Source: the human T2T-CHM13v2.0 reference genome, Homo sapiens
Strand: one strand, 5' to 3'
Assembly: GCF_009914755.1 (NCBI RefSeq)
Contig: NC_060926.1
Length of the DNA: 64,000 nucleotides
In this document: piece by piece, positions 1-13,152 of the stretch
Layout: the number at the start of each line of letters is the position of its first letter
Position numbering within the stretch: position 1 is the stretch's first letter
Program-made: the position numbers and the translations under genes
Notes under the pieces: generated by a model
The model's database searches: none
Told to the model about the DNA's origin: nothing
What the model saw: only the letters and a program-made list of their open reading frames with translations

Positions 1-1716
1 TTTGTCAAGATAAATTTTAGATGGACATGGTATGAGTTTGCATGAGAGTGCTCTGGCTTTGGAAACCTGAGTTGATGGCATGGGTGCATTATTTCTGGTA
101 AGGGATACTATCACATGTAACCTCAAAAGAAAACTCGAAAGGTGGGGTTTCTCTTTCACCTCTCTTTTTTTTTTTTTTAAAGGAGGGACAATACAGTTAT
201 GCGTAGTGAGTAAAATATGAATATACAGCATAGGCAAATTAAGAGCTGTGTACAGACTTTGAATACCAGAAGGAAAACAAATGCTGTTGTCAGAGACCAC
301 GTGCAGGAAAGGAATATGTCTTCTAAACCGTGCTACTGGCTGCAACACAACAACAGAAGTAGTTTAGGTTCACAAACCAGATTATACTTGTTTTTACAAT
401 AGTTCAGGGACACACAAAGCTGCTTACAGTTGACTTTATATGAATAGTGTACATATACGTAGGTTCACGGGCAGTGTATTTTAGAGTTAGCTTCTTGAAG
501 TGCTGAGAAAGAAGTTAAGAATCAGTTTGAAACCTTAATTGAAGGTTGAGTTGGTAGTGAGTGGAAGGGACCATGGGTGGATGAGGAGCCCAGAATGGAA
601 TCTGAATCCCTTTCATCCCTTAATCTCTTGCCTTTTGATTTGTGTATGAAACTTTCAATTTTTTTCTCTAAGCCAATGAGAAGAGTTCAGTTTGAGTGCT
701 TTAGTGATGCTTGAAGTGATATTTCAATATTGAAGTTATACTGTGGATATAATTATGAGGAATCAAGTGTACTGTGAAGTCACATGGGAGAAATGTGGAG
801 AAACTTATTGGGATTGAGGAAGGGGACCCCACATAATTCTGTGTTTTGTCTTTTGTTCTGGATAAATGCTTAGCCATTATAATAAACAAGCTTTTTATTA
901 AAATCCACTCAGTTATTTTGTGTATGATGTCTTCTGATGTCGTATGAAATCATAGACTCTTGGGTTCCAGTGCTACATCTGCCCTAGCTTTACAAGGTGT
1001 GTTTTTCTTGTGTAACCTGGGTTCCCCACTTGGTCACTAAGAGGCACAGTCCATTGGATTGCCACCTGGGAGGAGCTCCCTTTCTCATTGGTCAGTTAGT
1101 AATCTTTTATTTAGTGCTGAATTAAATTATCTTCAACAGTAGAGTATTTTTAACATATCTTGACAGAGTCATATGATTGAATTTCGTGGTTTGTATTACC
1201 ATATTGACTAATTACTTGGCTGTTGAATACTGTATTTTTTTAGTGGCTAAAATAAATGAATAACTTTATATGTAAGTTTGCCTATAGTAAAAAATGGGAA
1301 ATTTTTCTTGCTATTAAACAAAAATTACTGGGTCTTTAGCCAGTTGGGTTTTTCAAGTGAGCAAAGAGCAGCTGCGTATGTGTAGTAAATACTAGTGATA
1401 GCTGCTTGCAGAATCTGAAATCTCCATTGTTTTAGATGCTCTGACATGAAGACTTGCCAGTGCCCTTTGACTGTTGATGAAAGAAAGCATGTGCTAATCC
1501 TTTTTTCGGACCCTTTAGTTGATGATTTTTTATTTGCCAGTCTCCCTCTTCAAACTTAGTTCCTCACACTTGATGTTGTAGTAGCGACTGCAAGGCTGTT
1601 ACCACCCTTGGAAGGGGCGCTATCCTTTGTAATGCATCTTCACCAGATGTCTCTAAAACTCTTCTGCCCGTTTTCCCCACCTGACCCACTGCCCAGCCAG
1701 ATCTTCCCTCCCCCTT

Positions 1717-2090
1717 TGTCTTAGTCCATTTTGTGCTGCTGTAGTAGACCACCACAGACTGAGTACTTTAAATGAACAGGAATTTATTGGCTCATGACTC
1801 TGGAGGCTGAGAAGCCAAAGGTCGAGGGGCTGGCATCTGATGTCTGGTGAAGGCCTTTTTGCTGCATCATAACGTGGAAGGCATCGCATGGTGAGAGGGA
1901 GGGGGAAGGGGACTGAACTTCCCCTTTTATAATAAACTTGCTTTGGACATAACTAACCCACTCTCTTAGACTAACCTTTTTACTCCTCCCTCCTGGCCTT
2001 ACACCTCTCATGAGGCCCCAGCTCCCAACACTGTTGCATTGGTAATCAAGTTTTCAACACGTGAACTTTGGGGACATTCAAACCATAGCA
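1717..2090 (+). mobile_element. ERVL-MaLR solo LTR (MST/MLT1A-like)
   Basis: Starts TGTCTTAGTCC and ends TTCAAACCATAGCA; contains the tctggaggctgagaag motif; 5-bp TSD CCCTT at 1712-1716 and 2091-2095. Confidence 0.88.
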
Positions 2091-3811
2091 CCCTTTTTGA
2101 AAGAATTACTCGTAAACTCTCATGACCGGATTTCTTCTCTTGCACCCTTCCTTATCTGCTCATTTAAATTGTCTCCACTTCTCTAACATAGAGGTGATTT
2201 TTACTACAGTGATAGCTCCTCGAACTGGAACTGAGCTTGCTGTCTGGTCCCCCCACCTGCCATCTGTCCTAGAACACAGCACACAGCTGTAAATGACTGA
2301 ACAAGCATGCAGAGCCCAGATGACTGGGCCCTTTCTTTGTTGGAGTCAGAATATTACTGCCTGACGTAATATTCCCGGAGGCTATCCCTTAATTGCAAAG
2401 ACTGGATAGTAATTAGTGATCATAATGATTTCCCTGGGCCATTAAGAAAAGTACCTTTTAATGTGCTCAAGAATTCAGGGTTTAGAAAGATTTCCATCCA
2501 GATTGGCTCCTTAAAGAAAAAAGATGCGGTGCATAATTTATTTTACTTTCAGTTATCTGCTAACGCAGCTATGCAAAATGACTCATTTATTGGGGAGTGG
2601 GTGGTGGCATTAGGTAAAGTCTTACCATATTGTCTATTTTGACTGTTTCATTCTTAATAGAAGTCTACACATTGCCTGCAATTGAGGTATAATTTTCTTT
2701 AAAGGGAGTGTTGTTTCAGATAAGGTAGCTGCGACCTAAGAAAGGAATAATTCTATATTGATTTTAAGGTCTTTAGGGAATGGAAGCACTGTCTTATTAA
2801 TTGGAAAGTCCCAACTGATAGCACTGACATATTCATGTGCTTTCTTTGCCTGCCTGCTCATCTGCAGCCCTGATCACAGAAGGAAGGGAGAAGTAGATAA
2901 GAAATAGTAGTTATGAGGATGAAACGTGCACATATAGGAGCCCTCTCACGTTAGGCTTGGTTTGGTGTCTGGAGGCACGTGATGAGAACAGCAGTGGATC
3001 TGTGGGCTCATGTTTCCTTACTCCTGCTCTATTAGGACTCCAGTCTGAAGGGATGATCTAGTACCAACCAGGAGATGTTTAGAAGACCGAGATGTTTCCT
3101 GAAGTATTCTGAGCTGTCTCAGGTTGATTACGTGCTTTCTTATCTTAGATGGCTCCTGGAGAGCTGTCTGGGTAATATGCTCTCCCACTTTGGTAATTTT
3201 GGATTTTTTGCAGATGCTTTTTGTAAAAGAACACCTATGAGTGAGGCCTATGGTTTTGGGGTTTGCAGTGCCCAACCAGTCAAGCTGGTCTTTGCCTTTT
3301 TTGTGGTTGGATATGGAAAGAGTGGTCAGTAGATTTCCCAGTGCTGTACTCATGCCATTCAGCTCATAGTCACATAGGTTTCCATATTTGCTAGTAAAAA
3401 TAAGAAAATTCGGAAAGGGGAGTAGGTTGGAATTGTCAAGTTGAACTGTGAATGGTGTGGATGAGATATTCTGGGGAGAGAATGGACAGACCAGGTTTGG
3501 CTTAGCTACTAGTTGAGTGTCCTTCTAGCTCTCTGGGATTTCTTTCTAATCTGTAAAATCACCTATTTTGTTGAAGTAGGCTTGCCTGTCCTTTCAATTC
3601 TTGGACATTTCAGAACATAAGCTATGTGTTTTTCTGGAAAAAAAAAAAGGATATTTGTTAGAATTAGAATTTACTTGTTATGAATCTAACCTTCACACAC
3701 CAAACCCCCAGCTAAGACAGTAAGTTGCATATATAATTGTAATAAATACTATGTAAGTCTGAAAGGGGAAAGAGAACTTGAGTTTGCGACTTTTCTTATA
3801 ATCTTGAAGAA

Positions 3812-3935
3812 GTAATTCCCAGACTTCAGAGTGTGTAAGAAATCACTAGAATGCTAGTTTAAAAAGGCATGGATTCCTATACCCCAGTTACACAGTTCTT
3901 ATGGCCTGGGATAGAGCCTGGAAGTCTGCATGTCA
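3812..3935. mobile_element. MER5-like hAT-Charlie remnant
   Basis: aatcactagaatgctagtttaaaa ... ggcctgggatagagcctggaagtctgcat resembles the MER5 consensus. Confidence 0.5.
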
Positions 3936-4620
3936 CAGGTGAAAGGCAGTGATTTTTGTTACTGAAATTGACATGCCTAATAGAAAAACGCAACATACTT
4001 TACCCCCAGTAAATCTCTTAAATCCAAAATATTAACACTCCCAAGCCAACAGCACACCACTAAAAAGTCAACGAACAAATATCAAGAAACAAAGCTTCCC
4101 AGTTGGTTGGGAATGAGAAGCAGCCAGGTCTTCTCTCTTCTGTTGCAGGTACACGTCACACCACCATGGAATCTTCTCTTTTGATTTAGTGAGGGAGACT
4201 GGCGTCTTCTAGATGTGCAGTGTATGACAAGCTTCTCTCATCCTTGCATGTCTGCAGAGGTGTGACATGTTTTTGTGACACAGCTTCTAGTCTTGGGGGG
4301 ATTCATTGTGCTCACCCTTTTTTTCCTGGCCAGTTGCTAACTCAAACCTGTCCCCTTCTGGGATTTGGAAAGGATTGTTTGCAGCTCACATCTTGAGAGA
4401 TCCATGTTCTGTCCTTTGATGATCTTCAGTGCCATCCAGGCATCCTTGAAGGCTCAGCCGCAGCCACCATGGTGGGTCCACCTCACTAGCCCCATAGTGA
4501 TGTGTCCTTCCTGAACAGCTGCTTTTGCACATCCTATGAAAGCAGAGCAATTGGTTTCACACTGTCTTCTTTCCTAAGTGTTTCTACTCTAGGGCATGGT
4601 ATTTCTCTGTGATGCTCTTC

Positions 4621-4651
<31 letters not shown>

Positions 4652-4664
4652 TGTGTGTGTGTGT
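4621..4664. repeat. (TG)n microsatellite
   Basis: About 21 GT units with one interruption. Confidence 0.95.
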
Positions 4665-5184
4665 TTTTAAACACCTCTTTAAATTATAAGCTCCCTGCAG
4701 GCAGATTGCTGTGTTTTATCTCCTCAGCAGTGTGGGGCATGTCCTGAGCACTGGTTAAAGGTAGTCTTCAGGTTACTGAGATGTGCATTAATAGGCTTCA
4801 CTATTAAGCAAATATAAAGCCAATTTCAGGTAATTAATCTCTGAAATTTTTGTTTCAGATTAAACTCAGCAGATAAAAGGAAGCATTAATTTATGATGAG
4901 ATAAAGATGGGAACAAATAAAAGCCTCTTACAGTTTCAGAAAGCCATGGACCACAGTGGCTTGTGAATGTGTGTACACATGCCTTCATGTTCCCTAAACA
5001 ATTCCTGTGGGATGTTCTTTCTTTATTCAAGAAGAAAAAGGCCAGGGGTTGAAAATAAGTTTTTATTATTGGTTACTGTATTGCCATGTTTGATTATATC
5101 TATTAAAATGTTATAGAATAGTATACTTGGCAGTTCCTATGTAAGTTGGTTAATAGGACATTTGTGGTCATTTTTGTTCCAGGT

Positions 5185-5335
5185 CCACAGCCTGGTATAG
5201 AGAGCCAGTCTAGGTGTGACTCTTGAGCTTGTTAACCTAGCCCCCTCTGAGCTTTAGTTTCTCCATCTGTGAGTTGAGGATAATGATACTTGCATTGTGT
5301 GGGGAGTAAACAACAATGCATATAAAATGCTTGTT
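5185..5335. mobile_element. MIR remnant
   Basis: ctctgagctttagtttctccatctgtgagttgaggataat matches the MIR core. Confidence 0.6.
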
Positions 5336-6015
5336 CACTAACTGCCCCAAGAGTAGGGCCAACATGGTTCCTGTGTCCTGTTCTTACAGTCCAACCTCAG
5401 GACTGTAATGCTCTCCGGTGTCACAGGATATGCTTGCTGGAGTTGATGCTGTGTGTGTGCACCCCTCTGGGCTATTTAGGGACGAAGGCATTTGTTATTC
5501 CTAACTTCTGTGTTTATTTACCTTACATAGTATCATAAACATCATAAATTTTCCTTCTCTCCTATTCTTAGGCTGTATGAGTACAAAAGTTTTATGATTC
5601 TGGAAAAAGGTGAAATTTAGGGAGAAAGCACTATGAATGGAAAAAGTGCTGTTGAGTCACGTGCACTTTCTTGCTAAGATGTGAGGTGGTGGCACCATTT
5701 AATAGCAAGGCTCTGTGACGGAAGGTTGGAGGATGAGTGGTGAAACTTTTTGATAGAGTGGTTGGTATTAGACCATCTCTTCAGATTGGAGTCTTGAGGT
5801 GAAGGCTCTATTTTTCATTTCTTGAATTTATTCACTCCTCACAGTTCCTCTTAATATGGATGAGACAATGGAATTTGCCTCTCAACGAATATATTTAATC
5901 ATCAAATGTGTTTTAAAGGGATAATTGGAGTTTAGGTAAAGATTATGCAGCATGAAGTTACCTAGCCTTTAGTGATAGTAGAACATTTGAGAAGATAGGA
6001 ACATTGCCATCTTTT

Positions 6016-6020
<5 letters not shown>

Positions 6021-6051
<31 letters not shown>

Positions 6052-6343
6052 TTCCTTTTTTGAGTTGGAGTCTTGCTCTGTCGCCCAGGCTGGAGTGCAG
6101 TGGCACGATCTTGGCTCACTGCAACCTCTGTCTCCCAGATTCAAGTGATTCTCGTGTCTCAGCCTCCCCGAGTAGCTGGGATTATAGGCGCCCGCCACCA
6201 TGCCTGGCTGATTTTTGTATTTTTAGTAGAGATGGGGTTTCACCATGTTGGCCAGGCTGGTTTCGAACTCCTGACCTGAAGTGATCGCCTGCCTTGGCCT
6301 CCCAAAGTGCTGAGATTACAGGTGTGAGCCATTGCACCCGGCC
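6021..6343 (-). mobile_element. AluS, antisense, with (TTTC)n tail
   Basis: Full dimeric Alu; TSD catctttttcttt at 6008-6020 and 6346-6358. Confidence 0.95.
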
Positions 6344-7993
6344 GGCATCTTTTTCTTTTGGGATTTAAAAGCCTCCTTTTGAATGCTGTTTCTTCTACCT
6401 CTAGGCTCCTCTCTATGGGCCAGGGGCAGATTTCATTAGAGGCAGACAAATAGGCTGCCATAGTGCCCCGCATTTAAAACCATGTGGGATGGGTTTTCTA
6501 GTGTGATGGGTTTTCGAGTGTGAGGTGGCAATTTTGACTTGGTTAGAAACATAAAGAAAGTTGAAAATCAGGCCATTTTCTTCAGCTTGGACCTCTATTA
6601 AGAATAGTTTGAGTTTTCTTCTTAAAAAAAAAACATACATTTTCCTGAAATTTAAAGACTAAAAATGAACCAGAAACTAAGAAGGTTGCTCTATCAAAGG
6701 GGATAACGGTTCTGGTTATTTGAGCCATTCAAGCTACGTGAAATGATGTTGATTGGAAGAAAAATTTTAATTCTAAATCATGCTATGTCTGCTAACCCTT
6801 AAAAGCATAGAGGGGAAGTAACTTAAGCTGTTTCTTTGAAAACAAAATATTTTGATAGAAATTTGACGAGTTAGTAGAAACAGTAGGAGTCCCTCTCTTG
6901 AAGTATGTATATAAAATCACTGTGGAAAGGGGATCCTGCTGCCATTGTATCGTGGGCAGATAACTGAAGAAAATTCAAAGTTTCTCATCTGTAGAACAGG
7001 CTAGTGACCTGCTTTGTTGCCCTCATAGGATTTTTTAGGATCGGTTGAGAAAATAGATGTGAATAGTATTTGGGGGCTTTTAAATCACTAATTGTCTTAT
7101 AAACACATTAATGTTTACGTGGTACTGTGTAAATAAAGCAAACCATGAATCTTTAATCTCTGCCATCTGGCATTTTATATTTATTTTATCCCTGGATGAG
7201 ATACTGTGCCCAAGAAATGTAGATAATAGGACAAGAGAGTAACATTCATAAATGGATGCTAGGTATGTATATTTAATACTGACCAAGTAATTTACTGGCA
7301 TATTTAAAGAATGGATGATACAAGGGAAAAAAAAGACCCTGTTAAATATTAAGTTCAGAATCTCTCCATGCACAAGTTAGGTGTTTGAGTGACCCACCAT
7401 CAGGTGGGTCCAGAGTGATCCAGTAATCCAGAGTTAGGTGAAGGAACATGATGTATTGCTCATCTTCAGTGAGTAGGCTGGATGAAGCAGCCCTTAAGAA
7501 ACATTATAGAGGCCAAAATGGGATGATATAATAGATGTCTACCCCCAAACATCAGTGAGTAATGCCTTTTCCTGTGTCCTTAAGTTCCCAGCATAATGCA
7601 GTCCATTTATAGTTACGTGCATTTTCATTTTCTCTTTAAATACCCTTCAGGTGGTATGAAGGAGGGTCGTGTGTCGTAGCTAAAGAGATGCCAGGAGAGG
7701 TGTGCTAAGGGTCTCCCTTGTGAGTTGGGCCACCCAGCTAGCGCAGGCTTAAGCTTGTAGCCCACCCTGAGCGGAGAGTCAGTATATTCCCTCTTGGGTG
7801 GTATTGAATAAATCACAGGCAAACTTTTGTCCTTTAAAAAACTCTTGGTGTAGCTTCCTTAGCACACAATTATATGAATATTAACATTCAGTACAAGTAC
7901 ATTGAGTCCCGGCTTTAGTTTTTCTCCCAAGACTATTTTGCTGGCCATTTTGGTTCCTTTGCACAAAGGTGACCCATCTCAGCAGGTAGATGA

Positions 7994-8402
<409 letters not shown>

Positions 8403-9599
8403 TAGAAATGGGCCTACATTGACTACATTTGAGACAATTGCAGTCTACAAGGAGAAAGGAGCAAGGAAATCAGCATGGGCCTTTGTTGGAGTGGAATGAG
8501 GATGAATCCCTGCCAAGAGCCCACTGGGTGTCAGGGTCAGGGCTAGGGCCTTATAGACTCTCTGCACTTTATCTACCACCTGCCGGACTCTAGAACGGGG
8601 GCGAAGCACCTGAACATGGGGTCGGAAACTCCTAGAACTTAAGCAACTTTCCTGAGGAAATAGAGTGATGGGGTGATGGACAAGGAAAGAGAGCTCAAAG
8701 CTGCCTGGGTCCCAGATTAATTTTTCCCGGTACAGTGTCTTGTTTGGAAGGAGGAAGGCAGAATTCTTAGATGATTTTCTGGTTTAAATTTAAAATGGAT
8801 CTAATTTGGAGACCTAGTAAGTGATAATGAAGACTGATGCTGTCACATGGTCTGGCCTCATCACAAAAATAATTGATTAGTTTTTAGTTCCTTATACTCT
8901 GTTCCCTTAGTAAGGGAAACTCATGTTTTTTATAAAGCAGATGCTGAGTGAATTCACAGTTCTCAGCTTTTATGCCACTTTCTGACTAAGTCTTGAGGAT
9001 ACACACTTGTGGTCTTGAGTTCAGGCATAGAGGGAAGCATAGACCATTTTCTGTTGCTCCTTATGGCTTTATTTATGTTAAGATTTGTTTGAAAAAGAAA
9101 AAAAAAGATCCTACTCTATAAATGTCTGAGGAGGCTTTTTCATAGACCCGTGGATTTTCTTGATTTGTAGGGATCTTAGGTGTTACCCTGTCAGATACTC
9201 AGAAGACCCTTCCATCCCCAACATTTTACTAACACATTCCCAATGCAGCATACTAAATTACCCTCTTGAAAAGAAGGAAAGCCAGGACAGTGCATGTGAC
9301 ATTTTCCCTCATCATTTGGTTTCTGTCAGCGAGAAATATGCTTTAGTAATTTGGAAATAAACTCACTGCAGGGGGTGAATAACAGGTTTGAAGGTTGGTT
9401 AGTTGCCAAGGAGATGAACTTTGTACGCTTATGTGGAAAGTATGAGAGGATCACTTAATACTATATCCTCTGAAATTCTACTCTTTCTCCTTGGGTTCAA
9501 CAAAATCATCATTTGGTTTTAGGTTGTGTTGGCAGTCACAACTATAGGAGCTATCATTAATTTAGGAAACAGGGTTCCAGGGTTGTGCTTGACCACTGA

Positions 9600-9730
9600 C
9601 CATGTGCCACACAATGTTCCTTGTGCCCCATTTATTGTACACAGAAGCCCTATGAAGTGGGCACTACTATGATCTCACTTATATAGATAGGAGCCTGAGG
9701 CATACCAAGCGGTGTCTTACCCAGGTACAG
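9600..9730. mobile_element. MIR remnant
   Basis: ccctatgaagtgggcactactatgatctcacttatatagataggagcctgaggc matches the reverse MIR core. Confidence 0.55.
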
Positions 9731-10542
9731 TTACTCAGTGTCATAGTTGTAATACAGTGTCATTTTCATAGAGTTGCTTTGTCCAAGTTGTAACTTGAGT
9801 TCCTACACAGACTCTCCTCAGATTTAAAGTTTCAAAGTTCACAACTCTTTAAGTCATGAGACACAAGAGGGACAGGCTTTTGGAAAATATGGGGATGTTC
9901 TTTCTGTTTTACATCTGTTGCAGAAGGACCGTTTCTCACAAAGTTGTTAAGTAGATCATGCTCAGCATATCTGGATGCTCTTTGCTACTGGCCTGAGAAA
10001 TGACCAGCAGGGCATTGCAAAGAGTGGGTAGAGAGTAACAAGACTGACAGTAATTAAACCCAGTACTCCTCATCTGGGTGAAAGGAGAATGATATCAAGT
10101 ATGTCTGGTATCTAGTGATATAAATGGGTTATAGGATTTTAGATTCCAGGTGAGGCATTATAATACAACTGTAAGAAACCTGTCTCCCTCATCCCCCCGA
10201 CTTCTTTATACACTTAAAAAAAATCCCAGAATTTTAAAGAAGTGTATAAAGAAGTTGGTGGGAGGAGGGAAATAATTTTAAAAAAAGAATTTGTTTGATA
10301 GTTTCGTCATGTTATGCTTTAGCTTGTTTCTTTCTTGCAGTCCCTACATTGGGACTGCAGGAGAGCTTCAAAGAAGACTTTCAGTGTAATTCTTGCGAAG
10401 TAAAGTAATGGGTATTGGGAATACACAGGGAAAAATTACAGTTATCCATTTTTGACAATAAAAAGTCTCTAGAGGGTTTTTTGGGGATCATTTTTTTTTC
10501 CTGTAGCAAGTTAAGAAGGAAAGGATGGCCAACATGATTTGT

Positions 10543-10703
10543 AGAAAAAAAAAGTTTCTTTGAGATAGTGTTATGTAAATTAAACCTGTGAAGGAAAGAA
10601 GTGTAAAATATAGGAAAATATAAAGAAAAAGTTAAATCCTTAGAGAAAAAAAAAGTTTCTTTGAGATAGTGTTATGTAAATTAAACCTGTGAAGGAAAGA
10701 AGT
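10543..10703. repeat. 60-bp perfect direct duplication flanking a 41-bp insert copied from about 12.75 kb
   Basis: 10543-10602 is identical to 10644-10703; 10595-10642 is identical to 12744-12791. Confidence 0.93.
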
Positions 10704-10938
10704 AATTGATGCTTTATCAAAAACTCATTTGTTCATCGAATTGTCTTGCTTATTAAGTGTGGTTCATTATAAACCATATTGTTGTATTGGAGAGCACAGG
10801 ACTATTTCGTCATCACTTTTGGTTAGTCAGAGATAAGTATAGTTGAGATACGATTTGTTGGAAACTTCAGCCATTTTGTTCTAATGATTGTGCAAAAAAA
10901 TTGGTGCTGATTTTTGATCTATTTTTTCTGTTTTTCAG

Positions 10939-10995
10939 GGTCGACATGTTAAAACGGGTCAGTTGGCAGCCATCAAAGTTATGGATGTCACTGAG
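10939..10995 (+). CDS. MAP4K4: MAP4K4 coding exon 3 (57 nt, phase 0-0): [19 protein letters not shown], contains the catalytic Lys (K54)
   Basis: tttttcag acceptor and GAG|gtaaga donor. The translation carries the kinase subdomain II AIK motif and matches the MAP4K4 sequence as I recall it. Confidence 0.97.
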
Positions 10996-12762
10996 GTAAG
11001 ATTGAGTCACACACATTTTTAAATAATGTTAGATGGAAGACAAAGATTCCCCCAACAACACAGAGTATTACTCTGTTTGGAAAATCTGATTACTTGAACA
11101 AATTGCCCTCCTGTGACATTGTGGGTTCATAGGTCCAGTGGACTAGTTGGCCTAAATTGTAGTACACGGTCTCCAAGTAACTAAAAGGCAGTAGCATTTT
11201 CTCAAAACACACGCAGTGCACACACACATCTGAGTGATGTCATCCTTGGCAACGTAATGGGACATAATTGGAAACATCTTCTCTAATGGAAAAGAAAAAG
11301 TTTGAAAAGGGATCATGGAGGTCACATGAATAGGGAGATTGAGGGTTTCGAGTGGAGAAAAGCTTCTCTAGGGTATTAGGCCACATTTGTGCCATTTCTT
11401 TTATTTTTAACATGGGGGAGGAAAACAGACCCAGCCAAGTTCCCAGAGGTTGGAAAACAGAAACATCTGCTAGAATGCTGAGCAGATTGTTGGCAAAATT
11501 TAGTAGCAAAAAATAGTTCTTGAAATGGTCGCATGAGGATTTACTGTGCAGCTTTAGATGGGAAAGAGGAGAACGTGACCGAGACAGAAAGTAAATGTAT
11601 GTGTGCCTGTGTGTGTGCATGTAATATATGCACGAGCCCATATTTAAATTCTTTAAAAATAATAATATATTATAATGAACTAAATCCATTTCATTTTAAA
11701 TTATTTTTATCTGAAATTTTACTTTATGCTCATGTTTGCCCCTAACTTGCCTAGTTATGAATAGGATTCAATATCATATTTCACAGATTCTAGAAAGAGT
11801 TCACTAGCAGCATTGGAGATTTAGGATAACTTTAAATCCAGCCATAACTTCCCCAAGTCTGGGGTCTGTCAAGGGAGATAATGGCTAACCTGATCTCTAG
11901 TGTGCTATCCAGAGAGCAAAATCTCCTCCTTTGCCTTGCTCTTTGCTGGGTCTCTGACAACATGGTCATCTTCAGCATGGGTATTTGTCAGTAAGAATTG
12001 GAAAACACTGTTGTCTCTGGACCACAGGACAACTGATAGAGCCTTCCATAAGTATTTGAAGATGTGACATTTTATGAGGTGACCACTCTCTTTTCTCTGT
12101 TAAAGAGAATAATGGGTACTTTAAAATGAAAATGTACCGTTGCTTAGTTGAATGGCCAAAAGATTCTCCTTGACATACTCTGATGTAGACTATTCTGTTG
12201 TATTATAGTGATCCTATCTTGGTGTACAGCTCAGTGGGAAATTGGATGCTTTCCAATAAAATATTATTTTAAGGTGATTTTAAATTTTACTGAAGGAACA
12301 GTAACTTCTTGCTTATTATAATTTAAATACAGTAGTTGAGCTATTTATGAAGTACCCTCTTTGTGAATGGAATGATCAATACCACCTTCCTACCAAAGTC
12401 TCCATTCCGAATGCTGTGCATCTTGCCGGTGCTGTGTTGGGAGTGGTGTTGCTGGAAAATACGGTCTTTGCATATTTATTAACACACTTTTTGACTTGTT
12501 TACTGGCAGACTTGTAGGTACAATTTTAAATGTAATCTTTTGGAATTTTATGAACTGAGAGTTCACTCTTGTAGTGTCATTCAACCTGTGCTGCCTCCCC
12601 TGACACAGCTGTTGTGGCCGGTCAGGATACGTCCTCTTTCACATCTCTAATGGAATCTAAATGTGGTTTGCCTTCTCTGTAGAGCTCTTCTTCACCGAAG
12701 CCTGGCTCTGATTATAAGTGTGCAATATGTGATCACTGTAAAAAAAGAAGTGTAAAATATAG

Positions 12763-13152
<390 letters not shown>

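Noticed and set aside
5962-6284. ORFs overlapping Alus (also 12876, 20310, 23043, 26585-26953, 31443, 56528)
   Set aside because: These are typical Alu translations ([19 protein letters not shown]), not genes
10299-10336. About 37-bp similarity to 15118-15155 (tcatgttatgcttta.cttgtt.ctttct)
   Set aside because: Most simply two remnants of the same old L1 family or an old local copy; too short to interpret
10543-10703. Repeat-spacer-repeat layout resembling a minimal CRISPR array, with a 'spacer' matching nearby DNA
   Set aside because: Eukaryotic intron, only two 60-bp non-palindromic repeats, no cas genes; junction microhomology explains it as template switching
11240-11689. 149-aa antisense ORF, and others such as 54379-54846, 31772-32197 and 22638-23033
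   Set aside because: No recognisable domain; low-complexity or L2-derived; lengths expected by chance in 64 kb
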